Source of the DNA: the human T2T-CHM13v2.0 reference genome, Homo sapiens
DNA: 64,000 bases
Reading direction: 5' to 3' (one strand)
Assembly (NCBI RefSeq): GCF_009914755.1
Contig: NC_060936.1
In this document: positions 53,357 through 64,000 of the stretch, piece after piece
Layout: each line of letters begins with the position of its first letter
How positions within the stretch are numbered: the first letter of the stretch is position 1
Made by a program: the position numbers and the translations under genes
The notes under the pieces: generated by a model
Databases searched by the model: none
What the model saw: the letters and a program-made list of their open reading frames with translations, nothing else
Told to the model about the DNA's origin: nothing

Positions 53357-53808
53357 TGTTAAGTTTGGTTGCATGTGACAGAAAGCCCAAAATAAGAGTG
53401 GCTTAAACATGAAAGATTATTTTTCTTTCATGTAAAACTGAATATAAGCAATCCAGGATTAGTGTGACAGTTTCGGTGTGAGACCCAGGCTCCTTCCTGG
53501 CTGCTCTGTGATCTTCAGCATATGGCTTTCATTCATGGTTCAAGCTGGCTGCTCAAGCTCCCACGATCTTGTCTGAAATCCAGTCGGCAGAAAAGGGCAA
53601 GAGTGGGAATAACGGTACCCCCTGCCCATTAAGAATACTTCCTTTTGCATGCCATTGGTGAGGACATAGACACACGCCTACTTCTGGTTGCAAGGGAGGT
53701 CAAGAGTCTGTACTCTTGACAGTCATTTGTGTACCTAAAAACTGAGACTTCAGTGAATAAGGAAGAAGAGGAGAGCAGATACTGAGGGGTAACCAGCAGC
53801 CTCTGTCA
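53357..53808. mobile_element. Old MLT1-type LTR
   Basis: GGTTGCATGTGACAGAAA..AGTGGCTTAAACA motif. Confidence 0.55.
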
Positions 53809-55073
53809 GGGGTCTTAATAAATATTCTTTAAAAAATAATGAATGAATAAGTGAGTAGATACTACTAGAAATCCAGGCTCACTACAACATGAGGAAAAGG
53901 GTTGAATTTTGCAATCCTGATTCTGCTACTGACTAAGAATGTGGCTTAATCTGATCCTCAGTTGTCTAGGTAAAATTAAAGTGGTGAAGATAAAAATACC
54001 CACCAGAGTGAGAAAATGAATATAAAAGGACTACTTAGCACAGCTTGGGACATGGTAACAGCTTAACAAATGTTAGTTCTTACCTTTCTCTCCTGCAAAG
54101 CTAAGGCCCAGACCCTGGAATACAGTACTCTCTCCTGCATTTCTGTCTTTCTGTCTCCTACTGGACTACCTGGAAGACCTCTGAAGAGGCCTATGAAGAG
54201 CACAAGTACTGGGCACCAGTAGGTGAAGGTTAAGGCTGATAGCAGGGATAGTAAATTGCCTCTCCCAGTATAAAATTAAATCTGTATAATAAGTGAGACA
54301 ATAATTACTATAAGAAAGACTAGCATGTTATTTCACATTCCTTATCTCACAACAATGGTAATATTATCCCCATTTGACTGGTGAGGAAACAATCTGAATA
54401 ATTAAGAAATTTGCTCATATGGCCAGTAAGCAACAGAGCCTGGCTAGGTACCTGGGCAACATGACTTCAGAGCCTGTACCTGTTACCCCTGTGCTCTACT
54501 GACTCACTGTCTTGCCTATTGACTGTGAACATCTCTGGGAAAGGGCAGGACAAGGCCCTGTTTCATCTATCTGCAGGCTATAAACTTGCCCGAGGTATCT
54601 CTTCATACCTGACCGTTTTCTAGCATTGTGGCTTGAGTAATCTGTTTACAGATAAGAAGTCTTTTTCTGTATCTCTTTAGCATCTCCTCTTCCCCCAGTG
54701 TGGTCAACCTCTGCAACCACAGAAGCTACATCCAGAAATGTCCTTATACTCCTGTGTATTTGATAAAGGGGACTGGTTATTGGGGATGGGGACCACCAAT
54801 CTCCATTTACCACCCCCCCACCGGCCGCCTCACTATCTGTATGCAATGATCCTTCCACTCTTCATATTACAGAATTCTCTTCCCCTCTTGGCTAGAGAGA
54901 CTTAGTGAGTCAACAGAGACTTCACCCAGATACCACATTCTTCAAGCCATTCTGAAAAGACTCTAGAGCAAAAGTATCACTGCCAGCCCTGCTCTAGGGA
55001 AAAGGCAGGGAGACAGACATTGGAGGGAGGCCATATACAAAGAAGACACTCATTTCAAGTTTTCTTCAATGAC

Positions 55074-55079
55074 TTTAAT
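55074..55079 (-). terminator. Candidate ENDOU poly(A) signal
   Basis: ATTAAA on the minus strand ~1.05 kb after the stop, followed by GU/U-rich sequence. Confidence 0.6.
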
Positions 55080-56121
55080 TGGAAACTTGAACCTTCTAAA
55101 CCATAGTTCACACCCGGCTCTGTGGTACAGCATTTAGTTCTCAGTGGGGTTGGGGGACAAATGCATAATTGAGGTTAAAATAGGGAACTACAGTCTCTCT
55201 GGTCTCGTAGAGTTATTCAAATTATGGCTGCTGGATAAGGCTTAAAATAATTATGTTAATGACACCAAGCTATGGGTTCCTTCTTCTTCTGATGCTGAAT
55301 CATCCTCCTATGAGGAGAACTCTTTCAAAAAAAAAATTGGGGATCAAAATACAAGTCTGTGGCTGCACTAAACATCCACAAGTGGGAAACTTCTTGTTGC
55401 AGATACTGAGCTGGACACAAAAACACTCAGGCCTGGAGAAGGCCACCCCACCCCCAGCCCATTCACTGCACCAACCTATTACCCTTCTCCATTCAGCATT
55501 GGAGTTCTCCCAGACTCTGTTCTGAGAGGATCTAACTCTGGAAAAAACCAAAGGCCCTTGCTTGATTACTGTGGCCTTACTTCTTTGAGGACCCCAACAC
55601 AGGGCTGAGTGGTAGTTTACAGAGCTGTGTATAATAACAGCCATTATAGTAATCTTGAATTTCTATCAGCTGTTCTTCCTAAGAACAACTGAAAACACCT
55701 TCACAGTAAAAATATCAGGGTTTGCCCTCTCACCAACCCCAAAAAGAGGAAAGTGGGCAAACCCCTTCCCTTTACATTAAAGGGAAGCATGAGGCCTGGT
55801 GAGGTCAAAGGACTTCTTCCTAGTTCCCCCACACATCAGGGCAGAGAGCTATGGAGGGTTCCTACCTTCTCTGCTTGGACTCTGTTTCTTAGTCAACATT
55901 GCCAAAATTCTAGAGGATAAAGGTTTGACTGTTTATCCACATTTTTCTAATTTGTACATTTTATCTCTTTCCCATGTGGGCACTTTGGGATTTAGGAATG
56001 CTTCTCATTGCTTTGAGATTTGGTGATCCCTTCCAGTCCTCTCCCTCTTCTCTCTAGTCCAGAGAAGATAGCACTTCAGTCTCGCAAGAGCCCTCATGCC
56101 CCTTTCTGGCTCGAAGTTCTA

Positions 56122-56239
56122 TTAGGTGGAAGACACTATGTAGGCTGTGGCGATGTACTTCTTGCCATTCCCATAGGTGGACTTGTCCCAGGTATATGTC
56201 CGGACAGCTAAGGGATATCCTCCCAGGCTTAACTGGCAC
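56122..56239 (-). CDS. ENDOU: ENDOU last exon coding part, TAA stop (followed by TAG)
   Basis: [10 protein letters not shown]...[11 protein letters not shown], 118 nt. Confidence 0.95.
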
Positions 56240-59200
56240 CTGTGGGGAAAGAGCCTGAAATCAGAGGAGCTCCCCACTTCACCCTGCCTCTCCCTGGGCT
56301 GGAAGGATCAAGCCCAACTGAAGCAGAAGGGCTCCATTCTGCTTAAACAGCCTTAAAGACAGAGCTGGCACTGCTTTCTTCAGCAGCTGCCTCCAGCTCC
56401 CCATGTGCAAGGAGCCATTTCAAAATCTTTGCCTTATTTCTTGTCTTCTTAAAGAATGCTGTTCCTCATCTTTCCCAGAGCAATATTCCAAAATCCCAGA
56501 TTCTGGAGGTGAAATCCTTAGAAATTAAACATTTGCTTAGGGTTTCAGAAGTGGAAGAACTCAACGTGTCCGAATGTTAGAGAACTTGAAGCCCAGTGGT
56601 TCCTAATGGTACTTTCTGGAGCTCTAGGTTCCCCTAAGTAGCCTCAGGGGACAAATAAAGAGGCTGAGAGCTCTAGGACAACTCCATTTCTATTTCATAT
56701 ATTAAGGTCCTGCGTAAGATTTCACTTTGGGGGAATGAGGGGAGATAATTTTGCTGCTAAGATGAAGTTTGGCAGCCACCAAACCAATCCAAAAACTTAA
56801 TTGTTCAAGCAAGAGAACTGAGGCCCAAAGCACAGATTTGTCCAAGCCCTCTCAGCCTCTTTGTGGCAGAGTCCAGGTCTCTTGACTCTGTGATGGCTGA
56901 GGACAGCCTGCAGCCCCAGTCTGCCCCCAGGCCTGGCTGGCCCCATTCTTACACTTTGCCTGGCCTGGCGATGAAGCACAGGGAGTAGAGTGCAAACTCA
57001 AACTCAGGGCTGCTGCCGATGAAAGCAGAGCCCACTTCCTTATAGTAGCCGTCCCAGTTGAACTGCATTGCCAGCACATCGGGGTAAGAATCCCACTGTG
57101 GAGGGAAGGGCAGAAAAGGGGGTCTGGTGAGTGCCACAGAGTGGAGTAGAACGGGTGCCCAATGGCAACAGTCAGACAGTATTTGTTGAGGGTCCATTAG
57201 GGGCCTGTGTGAACCTTCCAGGGAGACTGGATTCTTTAAATAGAAGAGGCAGTCTGCCTTGCTAAGGTGTCTGAGCCCACCCGGACCCTCTGCCTGGAGC
57301 TGCCAGTGCACATCTACCAGAAAGGCCAAAATCACTATCCATAGGATCCACCTCTGGATATCAAGGATATCACTGTTCCCAGTGGCCCTCACACATGGAA
57401 GAGAAGGATCGTTTACTGCCCCCAAATTATTTCCTGGTACCGGGCAGCAAAGGTTTCTGTCTTATAAAGTGTATGAAGTTTAGCTCAAACTAGCCAGGCT
57501 GAAACTTTCAGCCACGTTCTAAGGAAACTGAGGCAGGGAGTAATTACATATCTTTGTTCTTCCCTCTGAGAATCCTCCCCAGGCCCCAGGCTCCCACCCC
57601 GATATGGTGCCTCCTGCCTCCTGTCCCCTGCAGTTCTAGAGCCTTCACTGTTTGGAAGGGAATTCCAGTGTCCTGGCTGGCTAAAGTGGCTGTCTAGCAG
57701 GTGAGGACGTGATAGTCACAATCACCTGGGGCTGCCCCCTGAGAGTCAGGCTGAGAGGCAAGTCGACAGTTTGGAACACAGAGTGAGAGCAGGATATCTG
57801 GGCTCTGACAAGGCTTTTCTAGTCCGTGTACTCACAGGCCCATCGTAGATGTGACTGTAATAGTCAACCAGACCCTCCTTCTCCTCCAGGTAGAAGCGGA
57901 TCCAGTTATGGAAGCCAGTAACCTTGCCTTTTTTTACCTCACCTATAATAAAGAGTCCAAGATGGATAATCTGGGCTCCTTCCCCACCCTCCCCTCCAAT
58001 CCCCTTTCTCCACCCCATGCCAAGGCTTCCCCCTTCTCCAGTCTCTGACTTCTAGCTGCTTGACCCCTTGCTGTGAGTCCCCAGAGTCTCTCACAGTCCT
58101 ATCTCTCACCTCAGGAAGGCCCCCCTTCTGGCTCAAGCCCTTGGGAGAATCCTTCCTTCTGGTGATCCTGATGACCTCTCTCAGCCATTACTCCAGCAGC
58201 AAGCCAGGCTTGGTGGGAGTTTTATGGGGTAGAATAGGGGGGAACAGACCATGGCCCTCTTGGGAAGCAGCTGGCCAGGCCCTGGAAGCAAAGGACTGTT
58301 CAGAGGTAGGCAAACTTGCTCCCAGACACATGTCTTGTCCTAGATGTACCCCCTTGGGAGCCCCAGCATCTGGTCTTCTTTCCCCCTTAGGTACTCCAGA
58401 AAAGACTGTTTCTCAGAATGGCTCCTCAGACACCCCCCCGCCCCCCTGCCATATGGGCAGGGGAGAGTGCGTGGGTCCCTCCCTACTAGCTGGCTGGACT
58501 GCTGATTAATCCACACCCAGGGCTGCCCTGCTCCTGAGCAAAGCCATTCCTCTTCATCCCTCCAACTCTTTCTTTCCAAGAAAAGTGCTCCCACCTGAGA
58601 AGACATGTTCAAAGCCACTCGAGTCCCCCTCTTCATTGCCTCTTGAATAGAGCCCAAACCACATGTTCTTCAAGTCATCGACAAACTCTTGCTCTGAGCC
58701 ATAGCGATCTGCAGAGGAACACAAAGGGTTTTGGAGAGGGGAGGCAGGGCCAGGTCCTGGGAGCGCTAAACAGAGACCTGAAGAGCTACTTGCTCCCACA
58801 CGTCAAGAAACATGTGGGTTCAATCAACAAATGTGTTCGGCTGTTAATTCAATGATTATCTATGGGATGCCTATTTTGTGCCAAATCCAGATCTAAAGGC
58901 TGAGGATTCAGCTGGGAATAGCAAGGACACGGTCTCTATCTATATTACATTCCACTGGAGGAGTCAAATAATAAGTAAACAATAAGAAATATGATTTCAG
59001 ATCAGTGCTATGAAGCAGAGTAGCCCGTAATGACGGGAAAGGGCTGGCACATAAGTTGGCGGGGGGGTGGTCTTCTAGAAAGGAACATCAGAAAGGCCTC
59101 TGTGAAAAGGTAGCACTGATCAGAGAGCTGAAGGATAAGGAACTTGCTACACAAAGATCTGTGGGGAAGATTCCTCCGTGTAGAGGGAACTGCAAGAGCA

Positions 59201-62200
59201 AAGGCTCCAGGCAGACTTGAGTTTGCTACTCAAAGAACTAAAAGAAGTCAGTGAGGCTGGAGCAGGAGGGGAGAGTGGTAGGAGAGGAGGTTTGAGAAGC
59301 AGCCAAGGGTCAGATCCTTCAAGCCATGGCAAGAAGGTCAGGTCTCAGGCAAATAGAAATAAAACAAAAAATGTTTTAGATTTACTAATTGCTTTCTGTC
59401 CACCTAGTGCCTGCCATTTTAAGTGCTTTCAATGTAACACTGAATCCTCACGTTGAATCTTCATATAAGCTTGGTACTAATTATCCCCAACTTAGAAATG
59501 AAGAAACTGAGACGGACAAAGTATAAAACTCATGCAAGATCACAGTTAATGAAAGGTAGAGACAGCACTTGAGTCCACTCAGTCTAGCTCCAGAGACCAA
59601 TCTCTTTAACAACTCTATAGCTTCTTGGTAGTGCAGAGCCACTGAAGGATTTTAAGCAGGGGAATTGTATGATAGGACCTTTTAAAAGATCACCCTGGCT
59701 GTGTATGTTAAAAAGGCAATGGGGTGGTATGAGTGGAAGCAGAGAGACCAGTCTTGAGGCTCATGCTTTGTCTACGTAAGAAGTTGATGGGGCTTAGATG
59801 GTGGTGTTAACTCCGGAGGAGGAGAGAGAAGCAGTAGGCCCAGGACATATTTTGAAGTGGGAGTGATGGACATTACATTACTGATGGAGGAGATGGGAGT
59901 AGGGAACTTTGAGGTAAAGAGAACAATTACATCTAACTACTAGGCTTTTGGCCTGAGCAACCGGATGGGTTATGCCCGCCATTTATGAAATGGGGAAGAC
60001 CCAGAGAGGAGCAGGTATTTTTGATGGGAACCAAAAATTATTTCTACACTAGGTTCTGTGTGAATATCAGTTAGATAGCTAAGTGGAAGATGTTGAGAAG
60101 GCCCTTGGGAAAGTTCAGGGCTGGAGATTTCAATGAGGGAACCATCAAAGATTGACTGTTTACTGCCCACAATTTTATATGGTGAATACAAAAGAGATAC
60201 CAGACATATTCCTTCCTTTCCAGGACTTAAAACACATTTGGAAAACAAGACTACATGAAATAACAGAGAATGGTTTCACACACTGAATAGTTCCCCTTAC
60301 TGAGCAAGGACTGAGTGCCAGGCTTTCTACTGGGTGCTTTATAAGCAGTCATCCTCAAAAACCCCATTTCAAAGGGAAGTCCCAGAGAGGTCAAATAAAT
60401 TGCCCAGGGTCAAGTCACTAGCAAGTGGCAGAGCCAAGATTTAAACCAAGTCTCTCTGGCCCAAGGCTATTGTGGACCACACTCCAAACTCTGCAGAGGT
60501 GCCGAAAGCCAGAGTGAGCTGGGGCAGGTGCAGCCTTCACAAATGCGGTGGGATATGAATTATCATAGAACTTTAAGGATAAGTGGGATTTGGACAAGGA
60601 GAGAGGTGAGGAGAGAGTTAGTAACGGGACAGCCTGGCCTTGGCATCGGAACCCTGAGTTCCAGCCCCAGCTCCGCTTCCAACTCATTTGTGGCCTCAGA
60701 TAAGTCTAGCCTGTCTGGCCTCCGTTTCTCTCATTTGAAAAGCCCTTGCTCAGTCTAGACCTCCAAGATTCTCTTGTGTATTTACTACGAAGAGAACGCC
60801 AGGGGGCAGCACAGGATTGCAACTTCTTCATAGAGTCACTCTTGTGTCGCTGTCACTTTACCTAAAAACAGTGTCACCAACTCTTAAGGGAGGCAGCAGC
60901 TCTGAGCCAAGGCACTCTCAGGGACAACGAGGGAAGACCCGGACAGAGCCACCCCTGAGACAAAGCCCAGCTGCCTGGAGTTGGGAAAGGAATCTGCAGG
61001 ACAGTAACAAACACAACTCCATGCCAAGAAGTCCTGCGGCCAAAATCTTTTTTGGTCTGACTCAAATGTGTCTCTACCTGGAGGCTTTCCAACCACAACT
61101 CTTCCCGATAGGACTTCCCGCTCTGAACCTTTGTTGATTCTCTGATGTTGTTTCCCCAGCCAAAAGGTGGACTCAGCCAACCCGATTCCTGGACTTTATT
61201 GCGGGAGGAGGGAGTAGAGTCAGCGACTCTACCTGTCTGAAACATGGTGCTGACTCCAGGATCGCGGAGGTGGCTGAGACGTGCTCTGGGTGGGGGTGGG
61301 ATGTGAGGGGAGGCTCACACCTGGCAGAGAACCCTGAGACTGTAGCAGAGGGTGGGCGTGCATGAGGCAGTTAACATGAAGTCAAAGGTGGGGTGATATC
61401 CAAGCCAGCCAGCCAGAGGATGTGCCAGCTCCTGGTTGGGTTCCTAACCTCTCCTTGGCTTCCCCCTGGCCTCATCCCTCATCCCTCCCAGATGTACACT
61501 GACCTCCACAGAGTCCCCACCGCCTCCTCACCTGCCCTCCTAACCTTCCCCTCCCCCGCCCACCTGGCTTCGCTCAGACAGACTCATGCGCTCTGGGGCC
61601 TGGGGGTGCTCACTCACTCTGGTGATGGAGGAAGCTGTAGAGCTCCTTCATGACTGCTGTCTTCATGATCTCTCTGAGGAAGGCGTCCTGCTCGGCCAGC
61701 TCCTGGGCACTGAAGTGCTCCCCATGGCCTGTTGCCCGCTGGTAGTTGTTGAGGAGGTTGATGAAGGCTGCATAGGTGGGCTTGGAGAACAGCTTCTCAT
61801 TGACATAAGTGAAGAGTCTGGGGGAGGCAGAGGGGAGCCCCACTGAGAGCCCCAAACACGGGGCAGCGACCCCTCCAGAGACTTCTAGACAGGCCAGGGG
61901 CAGACAGGCGAGGGCTGGGTTCAGGAGCCGAGGGGGCACTTCGGGTACTCTTGAAAGTCACACATCAGGTCACTTTTCTTCCACCTCATGTTTTGGAAGA
62001 GCTGTTCTATCCTCAGCCTGGCCAATCACAGAAACCCTCCCAACTGGATATCCACAGTCCCTCAAGATGGCTTTGTCTCTGGAGACCTATTTTTTTTCTG
62101 CTCTCCCTTTGATCGTGCCTGACTTGAGGATAAAAAGTCGAGGCATCGAAAGAAGCAAGGATAGGGGCAAGATTTAGGGGGTAGAAAGAGGAATTGTGGG

Positions 62201-63512
62201 AACTCACGGCTTTGGGCAGCGATCCACTTGGTTTCTGGTCTCTGACGGGGAGATGCAGTTTTGGCTATTGAGAACGATGTCTTCCTTCTGGGCTTTGTTG
62301 GTGTCTGCCCTGTAGATCTTCTCAGAGATGCTCTGAATCTCCTCTTTTGTTATGGCATCACTGCTGTGGGAGACCTCTGGGAGGAATTGGAAGAGGGGTG
62401 GCCTCAGAGCCAGAGGGAAAGGGGGGCGGGCAGGAAATTATCTGTGTACCTCCCCTCCTGGGCACCTTCAAGAAGCCAGCAAGGAGGGAGGGGGGCCACA
62501 GTTGGACACCCTAGTGGTGGACAGGGGCCCAGAGCCTAAAGGACGTGTAAAATCACCACACGGCATTGCCCACAGAATGTCCCCCGCCCCTTCCCCCTAG
62601 AAGGGGTCTCACGCTTGAGCATGCATCAGAACCACCTGGAGGCCCTGGTAGTACAGGACAGTGAGTCCCATCCCTAGAGTTTCTAATTAAGTAGGCCCGG
62701 AGTGAAGCCCCAGAGTTTGTGTTTCTAACAAGTTCTCAGACATTGCTGAAGCTGCTGGTCCAGGGACCACATGTTGAGAACCTGCTCTAAAGTCCTTCTG
62801 TCTCTGCAGCTTAGCTAAGGGAGCAGAAGACTAACCGTGGTCACTACACAGGCTCTCAAAATCCTTGCAGCAGTTCCCAAACTCTTGGCAGCGGGCATTG
62901 CAGTGACATTGGTGGTGCTTGTCAAAGGCTTCGTAGCAGCGGCCCTGGCAGGAGGTGGGTGCCGAGTACAAGTCTGAGAAGAGAGGGGTGGTGTGTCCCG
63001 GGCTGACCTCTAGAGGTCGCTCTGAACGCCCCACAGGCTGTCGCTCCCTAGCCTGGCTGTCTTCACTCTGCCCAGTAAAGATCTCCAGGGAAGGAAAACA
63101 AACAAACCTAATTCGTGCACACCCTTCACAGTCAGGAAGTCCTTTCTGATGCCGAACTTTACTTTCTGGCCTGCTGTTTTTCTAATCTTCTCATTCTAAA
63201 AATAAAATCTCTTCCACTTCCCTCTCCAGGCCTCAGGCTCTCTTTCCTAGCTACCCTCCTCCCATGGCCCCCCAGGCTGGCTGAGCCCCCCCAGGCTTCT
63301 TCCTGCCCAGGTTCCCAGAATCCAACAAGCCTCTCTCATCTGGCTGAGGCCTGGGCCTGGTGCCACTGCCATGGCCGCCCCTGCTTGTCACCCTCATGTC
63401 CCTCCTGCTTTATCTTGAGGGCCCCCCTTTGGGGAGGCAGGCTCACTGCTGGCGAGGGCCTCTTCTGTCTCTTCCTCCAGCTGTGGCAATGGCTCTGACT
63501 CTTTGTGGTCCT
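56122..63512 (-). CDS. ENDOU: Poly(U)-specific endoribonuclease (placental protein 11), 3' 8 coding exons; 5' exons lie beyond the window
   Basis: Somatomedin-B motif SCQGRC..CHCNARC..GNCCKDF and EndoU motifs FEHVFSGE, GFHNW, YYKEV; exons sum to 1055 nt. Confidence 0.97.
56953..57095 (-). CDS. ENDOU: ENDOU exon 9
   Basis: [12 protein letters not shown]...RPGK, 143 nt. Confidence 0.95.
57836..57942 (-). CDS. ENDOU: ENDOU exon 8
   Basis: [14 protein letters not shown]...YDGP, 107 nt. Confidence 0.95.
58595..58708 (-). CDS. ENDOU: ENDOU exon 7
   Basis: RYGSEQ...SSGFEHVFS, 114 nt. Confidence 0.95.
58830..60120. mobile_element. L2 fragments with a nested MIR
   Basis: TGAAGGATTTTAAGCAGGGGA..AAAAGATCACCCTGGCTG; GGCCTGAGCAAC; GAAACTGAG. 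Confidence 0.6.
61618..61817 (-). CDS. ENDOU: ENDOU exon 6
   Basis: [10 protein letters not shown]...FLHHQ, 200 nt. Confidence 0.95.
62208..62376 (-). CDS. ENDOU: ENDOU exon 5
   Basis: [12 protein letters not shown]...DRCPK, 169 nt. Confidence 0.94.
62583..62785. mobile_element. MER5A-like MITE
   Basis: GCATCAGAACCACCTGGAGG ... TTTCTAACAAGTTC ... GACCACATGTTGAGAAC. Confidence 0.75.
62836..62973 (-). CDS. ENDOU: ENDOU exon 4 (somatomedin-B domain)
   Basis: [12 protein letters not shown]...LCSDH, 138 nt. Confidence 0.95.
63447..63512 (-). CDS. ENDOU: ENDOU exon 3
   Basis: [22 protein letters not shown], 66 nt. Confidence 0.92.
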
Positions 63513-64000
63513 CTGCAGGTAGATAGAAAAATAAAGTCACCAACAACCTGAGAATTCCCCTGCTGCTTGGTTTCTGGTTCTCTGTTTCCCCAGCCTCAGG
63601 GGACAAGCAAGGGCACTGGAAGCAAATTCTGAACAGGGGCTGGGGTCCAATGGACAGGCACCAAATAATGATGATGAAAACAGAAAATGGAAGATGTTTC
63701 CAATGGAAGACACATTATAGAAAACTTATAAAAAAGGAAAATAATTTCCCCAGGTGACACATCTGGATTGAAAACTCTGACTTCGGTGATGAAAACTCTG
63801 ATTTAACAAAAGTTGACAGATGGATAGAGGCTTGATGCTGTCCTAATGACAAAGCCCTCACTTAGGAACATCCTGTACCTAGAAAAACTTCTCGTCAGAG
63901 CTCAGGGTAAATTCTCAGGGCCTCAAGGAATAAGAGCTGTTTCCTGAGATTCCAACTTCCCTTCTTTCTTTGCCCCACTTGGAAATGGCCACAAAGACTG

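Noticed and set aside
56949-58509. 158-aa and 149-aa ORFs in the ENDOU region as separate genes
   Set aside because: The first is exon 9 with intronic read-in; the second is antisense with no recognisable domain.

Overview
Primate (almost certainly human, 12q13.11 by recognition) genomic DNA with two minus-strand genes. (1) The complete RPAP3 gene (R2TP co-chaperone): a non-coding exon 1 in a CpG island (~51277-51350) and 16 coding exons from 48165 down to 8828, which sum to 1998 nt = 665 aa + stop. (2) The last 8 coding exons of ENDOU (poly(U)-specific endoribonuclease/PP11; 63512 down to 56122). The rest is repeat-rich: 16 Alus, a 5.26-kb L1PA antisense in RPAP3 intron 12, a near-complete Tigger1, MITEs, MaLR/ERV LTRs and L2/MIR. 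I found no new gene system. The most notable details are: an L1 whose 5'UTR is joined exactly at the nt-97 splice donor (a spliced-then-retrotransposed copy); a 64-bp inverted templated insertion flanked by a 27-bp duplication; an ENDOU exon junction that regenerates a strong 5' splice site; an LTR-donated poly(A) signal; a MITE-donated cryptic donor; and a duplicated 128/122/71-nt TPR exon module. Repeat subfamily names come from memory of consensus sequences and need RepeatMasker confirmation.
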